A stretch of 64,000 nucleotides of DNA from a bacterium (lineage in GTDB: Bacteria; Actinomycetota; Acidimicrobiia; Acidimicrobiales; CATQHL01). The notes under the pieces are model-generated. The model searched no databases, was not told the DNA's origin, and saw nothing but the letters and a program-made list of their open reading frames with translations. The DNA lies in assembly GCA_028824415.1 (NCBI GenBank), contig JAPPDX010000070.1:16719-80718 (forward strand), in the 5' to 3' direction. This document shows, in pieces, positions 58,491 through 64,000 of the stretch (its first letter is position 1; each line of letters opens with the position of its first letter). The position numbers and the translations under genes were made by a program.

Positions 58491-58897
58491 CTAGCGAGGA
58501 GTTCCTGCTCGCGCCGCCAATCAGCTTCGGCCCGCTCCGCCTCCTCGTCCACCATTCGGATCCAGGACGCAATCTCGTCCCTGTGCTCCGCGTAATAGCG
58601 CAGTGCCACCCCGACCTGCTCGTAGGTCAATCCCATCCGCTCAGCGACATCTTCCCGCGTGTTCTCGTCACCGACGGCCGCACGCACGACTTCCCAAACA
58701 TCCGGCCCGCTCATCAGCCCCGCACGCCGTCCCGCCGGTCCAGTGCGGAACACGATCCCTGGATGTCGCTCCATGCGAAGTCCCTCATCGAGAAGTTGCT
58801 TCGCCAACCAGGACCGCGAGCGACCAATCCTCCGGCTCTCCGAATCGAGCCGCTCCAAGACCTCTTCGTCCACGCGAACCGAAAGATGCTGACTCAC
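58487..58897 (-). CDS. RHH (CopG-like) plus DUF433-like antitoxin candidate
   Basis: GTG 58897 with a GGAGGTGA SD 5 nt upstream. LSVRVDEEVLERLDSESRRIGRSRSWLAKQLL (RHH) is followed by GIVFRTGPAGRRAGLMSGPDVWEVV...ALRYYAEHRDEI (DUF433-like). Confidence 0.7.
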   Translation of the reverse strand: MSQHLSVRVDEEVLERLDSESRRIGRSRSWLAKQLLDEGLRMERHPGIVFRTGPAGRRAGLMSGPDVWEVVRAAVGDENTREDVAERMGLTYEQVGVALRYYAEHRDEIASWIRMVDEEAERAEADWRREQELLAR

Positions 58898-59042
58898 CGG
58901 GATCACCTCCAGATGTGGGCATATGTCACACATCGTACACGTGCGGGTCAGACTTCGCCAAACAGTGCTGATCGGACGCTCCGGCGGGGAGCCGTGCAAA
59001 TCCGCTTGCCGTGCAGCCAGCCGCGGGCACTCCCGTGAATGC

Positions 59043-62000
59043 TCAGCGGGTGTCGTGGACGATAACCCTGTCGGTGCCGGAGCGCCCGAAGACTTCCGGG
59101 GCGTAGATCTCCTCGGCTCTGGCGGGGGGTACGACGAACGTGCCGGGAGTGGTGGCTCGAACGACGTAGCTGTATCTGCGAGTTCCCGCCCGGAGATACG
59201 TCGAGAATGCCTCGGCACGATCATCTCGCAGGTTCTGGTGCTGATACCAGGTCCACCCCCAACCGCCGCCGCGGGCGTCGAAGCTGCCGGTCACCGCCAA
59301 GGCGGGGTTGAGAGGCTCGAAGCCAGCCGCCAGGGGATCGATCAGCACCATCATCGTGCGTCGGCTGTCGTTGAACATGGTCAGCTTGACCCGCACCTCG
59401 GCGCCGGCCCGTACGTGCCAGACACCGTCGTCGTCGAGCCACACGTCGCCAGGGTCACCGACCGCCTCGTAGCTGCGCTCCACGACGAAGCCGCGATCCA
59501 GAGGTTCCAGATCCAGGTCGTCAGGGGCGTAGCGCAGGCTGAGGCGGTAGTAGAGGCGACCCTCGCCGTCCTTCTGCACTACGAGATCGGAGTCGCCCGC
59601 GTCCAGCAGTTCGGCCATCGGCACCAGGGTGGAGCCCCGATCGGTGCTGCGACCGCCGTAGGTGTGCTCTGCCGCGTAGAGGTCACCGAACCACACGCGG
59701 GCGACGAAGTCGGGCTCGGTCGCCTCGAAGGTGTCGAAATAGCGGCCGAGGGCCAACAGGATGAAGGTGTTCTCCTGGACGTTGCGCCAGCGTCCCCGGA
59801 CCCGGTGGGCGAGCAGGCCGGTCACGACCTTGGGAATGAGATCCGACGTGGGCGCCATCGTGATAAGGGCATCGAGAACGATGCCGTCGGCGCGACGGCT
59901 GGAATGCAGCAGCAGATAGGCATCCTCGCCGTAGTCCGTGGCGAACGTGGCCGCGCCGGGGGTCTCGACAGCCCGGTTTTTCAGGATCCGCTCGATCTCG
60001 GCTTCGATGCCGTCATCGTCGACCACGGGCCAGAGCCAGGCCAGGGCGTCCAACTCGAGGGCTTCGCCCCGGCGCTCCCACAGGGCGCGAGCATCGTGAG
60101 CCGCCTGCTGCCCGTCCAGCCAACGCACGTGCAGCGCGTAGGCCATCAGCATGTCCCTGCTCCGCAGGCTGTAATCGTCCGGGAGCCGCCTTTCGATATC
60201 TCCCAGATACCGGTGCCCTCTCTCCATCACCCGAGGCGGAACCTCGAATCCCTCGTTCCGGGCGATGACCAGCGCGTGCATCACCTGGATCGACGCGTAC
60301 GGAAACGATTCATGCTGGCGCGACAACCACGGGAAGCCGCCGTCAGATTTCTGAAGAGATGACAGTTGAGCGATGTCGTAGCGCACTGTGGCATCGAGTT
60401 CGTCAGGGCCGGCGAGACCCTCGGCCTCGAAGGCTGCGAGCACATCACGGAGCGCTGAGATGGCCATGATTTGGCTGGCGTACGCGTCGGAGCTCCTGTA
60501 CGGGTAGCGGGCGACGTACAGCACGGCGTCGGTCAGAGCCTGCAGCGCGGTCGACGAGGTGTTGATCTCGAGTCCGCCGAACTGCGGGAACACGTCTTCG
60601 GGGGCGGTGACCGGCTGGATGACCGCGCCCTGGTCGACCACCCCGTACGTGGCGAAGGCCTCGCTGGTCGCCGGCGTGTACACAGGCAGGGACACAACCT
60701 GGGCGTCGGCATCGCAAGACGCCTCCGAGAACGCAACGGGAGGCGTTTCGGTGACAGTGGACACAACCTGGGCGCCGGCAAGGGCACATGAGACCGCCGC
60801 CGCGCGGAAGCGGGCCGTGCCCGCCGAATCCGTCCGCGCCGCGAACCTGACCTCGACCCGATCGTTGGCCGGCACCAGGATCCGCCTTCCCGCCGACCCG
60901 ACGAGTTCGAGGTTGGAGGTCTGCACGACCACATCCACCTCCATGGCGGAGTCGGTCTGGTTCTGGACCACGATCGGCAACTCGAACTCGTCGCCGAAGT
61001 TCAGGAATCGAGGCGCCGATGGCCGAACCTGCAGCGGGAGGCGCGCGGTGATGGACGACTCGGCCACCCCGAAACGATCGGCGCCATCGACGACGACGGC
61101 CATGACCCTGTAGCGGGTCAGATTGTCGGGCAGGTCGAACTCGACGGTGACCCGGCCCCTGGCGTCGGTCAACGCGTCCGGCTCGAACAGCGCCAGAGCG
61201 TCGAGGTTCTCGCGGACCGCCACTCGGCCGGGGGCGATCCCACCTCCGTCGCTTGCCGCGTCCGCAGCTGGGCCCATGTCTACCCCGGACTCCTCGAACT
61301 GCTCGGGCAGCCAGTGCGGATCCTCGAGCAGGATCCTGCTCCTGCTTCGGGCCGCGTCCAGGCGCGCAGCCCGGGGGCGGTAGAAGACATCGATGGGATC
61401 GATCAGTTCGTAGCCCGACAAGGCCAGCACCGCCTCGTCGACCACGATCACAAGGACGTTGGCCCCCCTGACCGGAGCCCCGCCGGCATCGTTGACCTCG
61501 ACGGTGACACTCGTGGCGGCGCCCGGCTGCACGACCGCCGACGCGGGCGCGGCCGTGACGTCGAGAGTTCGCTGAACGGGTGGGATCCGCAGCAGCATTT
61601 CCCCCGACGCATGGGCGGGCCGAAGGGACGTGCCGTCGCGGCCGGCACCGTCAGCCGAGGTTCGGTCGACGGTGGAGGCAAGATCGACCTGCAGTCTGAG
61701 CGCAGGAACATGGTCCTCGGTTATCGGCACCTCGAGGACCGCGGCGTGGTCGGTGATCTCGAAGCTGCGGGCTTCGATGATCTCGTTGTGCGCGACCGTC
61801 AGGAGGCCGGTGCCCGAGGCGAAGGGAGAGACGACGAGGATCTCTGCGATGTCCCCCGCGGCGTACGTCTCAGCGCTGGGAATGAGGTTGACGGCCTCGA
61901 GTTCGATGTTGCGGCTCGGGACGCCGACCTCTTCGCCGGTGACCCAGCGGGTCATCTCACTGCGATTCGTTCGCCCCGAGTCGTCGACGACTCGGGCCGT

Positions 62001-64000
62001 GATGCGGTAGCGGCCACCGGCGCCGGTGGCGAATGCGCAGTCGACCGGCACCTGCCGGGACGTGACCTCGCAGGTTTCAGCGTCCAGCGCGTCTTCGACC
62101 CACTCGCCATCGACGCGCCTGCTGACAAGACGCTCCTTGGTCACCTCGAAGGGTCGACCGGCGACCGGGTTGCCGTCGAGATCGGTGACGACAGCCTCGA
62201 TGTCGATCCGATCGCCGGCCCTGACGAACGTGCGGGCAGAGCGAATGCCGACATAGAGATCGGCGGAGTGAACCAGGAAGCCGGTTGTCGATGCCCACCG
62301 CTGGCGGTTCACATCGAGCACCTGTGCCTCGGCCATCACCGCCGTCGGTAGATGATCGCCGCCGTCCTCGATGTCAATGTGCAGGTAATGGCTGCCGGCG
62401 GCGTCGGTCGTCCCGAAGAAGGTCTCGACCTCGTACGACGGGGACCAGTGATGGAAATACCACCACGGGCGCCACACACCGAACGTGAACCCGCTCCAGT
62501 TCGGCGGGGAATACGACGTCTGGCGCGTGATCACCCCCCAGTTGACCTCGGCGTTGGGGACGGGGCCGCCGGAGTAATACCGGGCATCTACCGCCACTAC
62601 CGGCGACTCGTCGATGAAATGCGGGCCGGCCGACTCGAGACGTGCCTCCACTTCGAACTCGGGCCGGCGAAACTCCTCCACCTGGAACGAGTGCTGATGG
62701 CAGCGACTGGTGTAGTAGCAGTAACCGGTGGCGCCCGGGAGCCGGAACTCGATCCAGATCCAACCCAGGTTCGCCCCCTCACTCAATTCGATGGTGAGAT
62801 CGAAGCCGCCGTGGCCATCGGTACGGATCTCACCGCTACCGAGATCGTTGCCGAGCGGGCCGACGGCCGTGTAGGTAATCACCGCTCCCTCGGGGAGAAA
62901 CTCGAGATCGCCGTCGCCGTTCACGTCGAGATTTCGCACCCAGCCCTTCAGGTTCACTGTCTCGCCGGGGCGGTAGACACCGCGGTCATCGGTGATGTAC
63001 CAGATTGTTCGATCGTCCCCGGCCTCGATGTCCGCGGGGTAGACGGCCCGGTCCGCGCCAAGTGAGGCAACAACCCAATCGAACCCGCCTGTGCCGAACG
63101 AGGCGCGGGCGAGGCCGTTGCCGTCGCTGACGAGCGTCGAACCTCGGACTCCGAACCGGATCTCCACATCGGCCAGCGGGTCGCCGGTGCGCAGGTCGGT
63201 GGTCCATACAGCCACGTCGCGATTGCCCGTAACGAGGTCGACGCCGATATCGGTGTCCTGCACCCAAGTGAGCACCGAGGATCCGTGGGTCCGGGTCCAG
63301 TAGTCCGCCGTCTCCCTGTGCCGGCCGGCTCCTTCGACGATCATGACCAAGTGTCCGTGCTCGCCGTTGAGGGCACCCGAGAGATCGAGAGGAACCTCGG
63401 TCAGATCGTCGTGGTCGATCCCGGTGTCGATCACCTTCTCTGCTATCAGAGGCCACGACAAGTCGTGCTCAGCCGGGTCACGTACATAAGGAAAGTCATC
63501 TTCGAATTCGATGTACGACTCATAGTCGCTCGGATCCACGTCATAGAGGCGCACGCGAAGCTGCTCCCAACGGCGCACGATCAGCGGAATCGTCTGCCCG
63601 GCTCCGAACGGATCAAGCGTGGTGACCAGTCCACCCAGGAACCAGACTCGGGGGCGCTCTTCCTCGACTTCGAACTCAACGGTCTCCGGCTCGCCAAGAG
63701 TCTGACCGAACACGTCGCCCACCGTCGCCGGGATCACGACCTTGTAGACGGTGCCGCCCACCTTGGGACGGGCGATGTACAGACGGTCGCCGGAGACAGA
63801 GACCCTGACTCCCGGGATCTCCGGCGTTATCGAGAAATCGGCGGCGTTCACCGTTGCGGCATCAAGTCGGTTGTTGAACCAAACCGAAAGAGAACTATTC
63901 GGCCCGCAGGGCAACTCGGAATACCAGTACCGGTAGCACTCCGTGTCGACTATCCGCAAAGGCCCATACGTGCGGGCCTCCACAGTTTCCGAGTTCTCGC
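59043..64000 (-). CDS. bacterial alpha-2-macroglobulin family protein, thioester motif absent; N-terminus probably beyond the window
   Basis: More than 1646 aa. MG-domain repeats, and a bait/A2M region (LPDNLTRYRVMAVVVDG..PRFLNFGDEF). The frame stays open to position 64000. The expected YPYGCxEQ site reads YPYRSSDA (about 60483-60506). Confidence 0.85.
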   Translation of the reverse strand, partial: ENSETVEARTYGPLRIVDTECYRYWYSELPCGPNSSLSVWFNNRLDAATVNAADFSITPEIPGVRVSVSGDRLYIARPKVGGTVYKVVIPATVGDVFGQTLGEPETVEFEVEEERPRVWFLGGLVTTLDPFGAGQTIPLIVRRWEQLRVRLYDVDPSDYESYIEFEDDFPYVRDPAEHDLSWPLIAEKVIDTGIDHDDLTEVPLDLSGALNGEHGHLVMIVEGAGRHRETADYWTRTHGSSVLTWVQDTDIGVDLVTGNRDVAVWTTDLRTGDPLADVEIRFGVRGSTLVSDGNGLARASFGTGGFDWVVASLGADRAVYPADIEAGDDRTIWYITDDRGVYRPGETVNLKGWVRNLDVNGDGDLEFLPEGAVITYTAVGPLGNDLGSGEIRTDGHGGFDLTIELSEGANLGWIWIEFRLPGATGYCYYTSRCHQHSFQVEEFRRPEFEVEARLESAGPHFIDESPVVAVDARYYSGGPVPNAEVNWGVITRQTSYSPPNWSGFTFGVWRPWWYFHHWSPSYEVETFFGTTDAAGSHYLHIDIEDGGDHLPTAVMAEAQVLDVNRQRWASTTGFLVHSADLYVGIRSARTFVRAGDRIDIEAVVTDLDGNPVAGRPFEVTKERLVSRRVDGEWVEDALDAETCEVTSRQVPVDCAFATGAGGRYRITARVVDDSGRTNRSEMTRWVTGEEVGVPSRNIELEAVNLIPSAETYAAGDIAEILVVSPFASGTGLLTVAHNEIIEARSFEITDHAAVLEVPITEDHVPALRLQVDLASTVDRTSADGAGRDGTSLRPAHASGEMLLRIPPVQRTLDVTAAPASAVVQPGAATSVTVEVNDAGGAPVRGANVLVIVVDEAVLALSGYELIDPIDVFYRPRAARLDAARSRSRILLEDPHWLPEQFEESGVDMGPAADAASDGGGIAPGRVAVRENLDALALFEPDALTDARGRVTVEFDLPDNLTRYRVMAVVVDGADRFGVAESSITARLPLQVRPSAPRFLNFGDEFELPIVVQNQTDSAMEVDVVVQTSNLELVGSAGRRILVPANDRVEVRFAARTDSAGTARFRAAAVSCALAGAQVVSTVTETPPVAFSEASCDADAQVVSLPVYTPATSEAFATYGVVDQGAVIQPVTAPEDVFPQFGGLEINTSSTALQALTDAVLYVARYPYRSSDAYASQIMAISALRDVLAAFEAEGLAGPDELDATVRYDIAQLSSLQKSDGGFPWLSRQHESFPYASIQVMHALVIARNEGFEVPPRVMERGHRYLGDIERRLPDDYSLRSRDMLMAYALHVRWLDGQQAAHDARALWERRGEALELDALAWLWPVVDDDGIEAEIERILKNRAVETPGAATFATDYGEDAYLLLHSSRRADGIVLDALITMAPTSDLIPKVVTGLLAHRVRGRWRNVQENTFILLALGRYFDTFEATEPDFVARVWFGDLYAAEHTYGGRSTDRGSTLVPMAELLDAGDSDLVVQKDGEGRLYYRLSLRYAPDDLDLEPLDRGFVVERSYEAVGDPGDVWLDDDGVWHVRAGAEVRVKLTMFNDSRRTMMVLIDPLAAGFEPLNPALAVTGSFDARGGGWGWTWYQHQNLRDDRAEAFSTYLRAGTRRYSYVVRATTPGTFVVPPARAEEIYAPEVFGRSGTDRVIVHDTR

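Overview
This is a high-G+C (~70% from hand counts of sample lines) actinobacterial-type chromosome segment. NucS, a Kgd/OdhA-type fused 2-oxoglutarate dehydrogenase, MurT/GatD, a DUF222-HNH protein and several LLM enzymes point to Actinomycetota; a finer lineage cannot be called from sequence alone. I support about 55 CDS. I saw no rRNA, tRNA or CRISPR array by eye. Layout: (1) 1-5.5 kb is an accessory, defence-like patch. Two ~50% G+C genes (a DUF4238-like protein and an EVE-reader/PD-(D/E)xK nuclease fusion) are wedged into a GC-rich same-strand gene string: DNA methyltransferase tail, then a PhyH-family dioxygenase, then a 644-bp repeat of the dioxygenase 3' part. DUF2283, NYN and DUF2188 small genes follow. 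(2) 5.6-7.9 kb holds a sulfite-oxidase-like Mo enzyme, a DUF1801 protein and a membrane protein. (3) 7.96-12.36 kb holds five tandem paralogous SDR genes, ending in a 32-bp x7 tandem repeat. (4) 12.7-21 kb holds a lipoprotein, a DUF222-HNH gene, an orphan VapB-like antitoxin, a PhzF-like gene, a CPA2-Usp antiporter and xthA. (5) 21.5-35 kb is housekeeping: kgd, a P450, murT-gatD, cysQ, nucS, a VanW-like gene and a geranylgeranyl-reductase-like flavoprotein. (6) 35.2-55.7 kb is a large catabolic island: hydantoinase A/B, a BMP-type ABC transporter, three LLM oxidoreductases, an alpha/beta hydrolase, a GMC oxidoreductase with small subunit, an M20 amidohydrolase, a DUF1116 protein and an orphan xanthine-dehydrogenase-family Mo subunit. 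(7) 55.8-64 kb holds a SAM-methyltransferase/Mug glycosylase fusion, RidA, a DUF5615/RHH-DUF433 toxin-antitoxin cassette that appears to truncate an HNH gene, and a large thioester-less alpha-2-macroglobulin running off the window. Recurrent non-genic structure includes a REP-like palindrome family (CTGGATTCCGGC-N4-GCCGGAATGAC), several tandem duplications that reiterate gene 3' ends including the stop codon, and in-frame low-complexity expansions inside conserved enzymes. All family assignments come from motif recognition by eye and memory. No database search was run.
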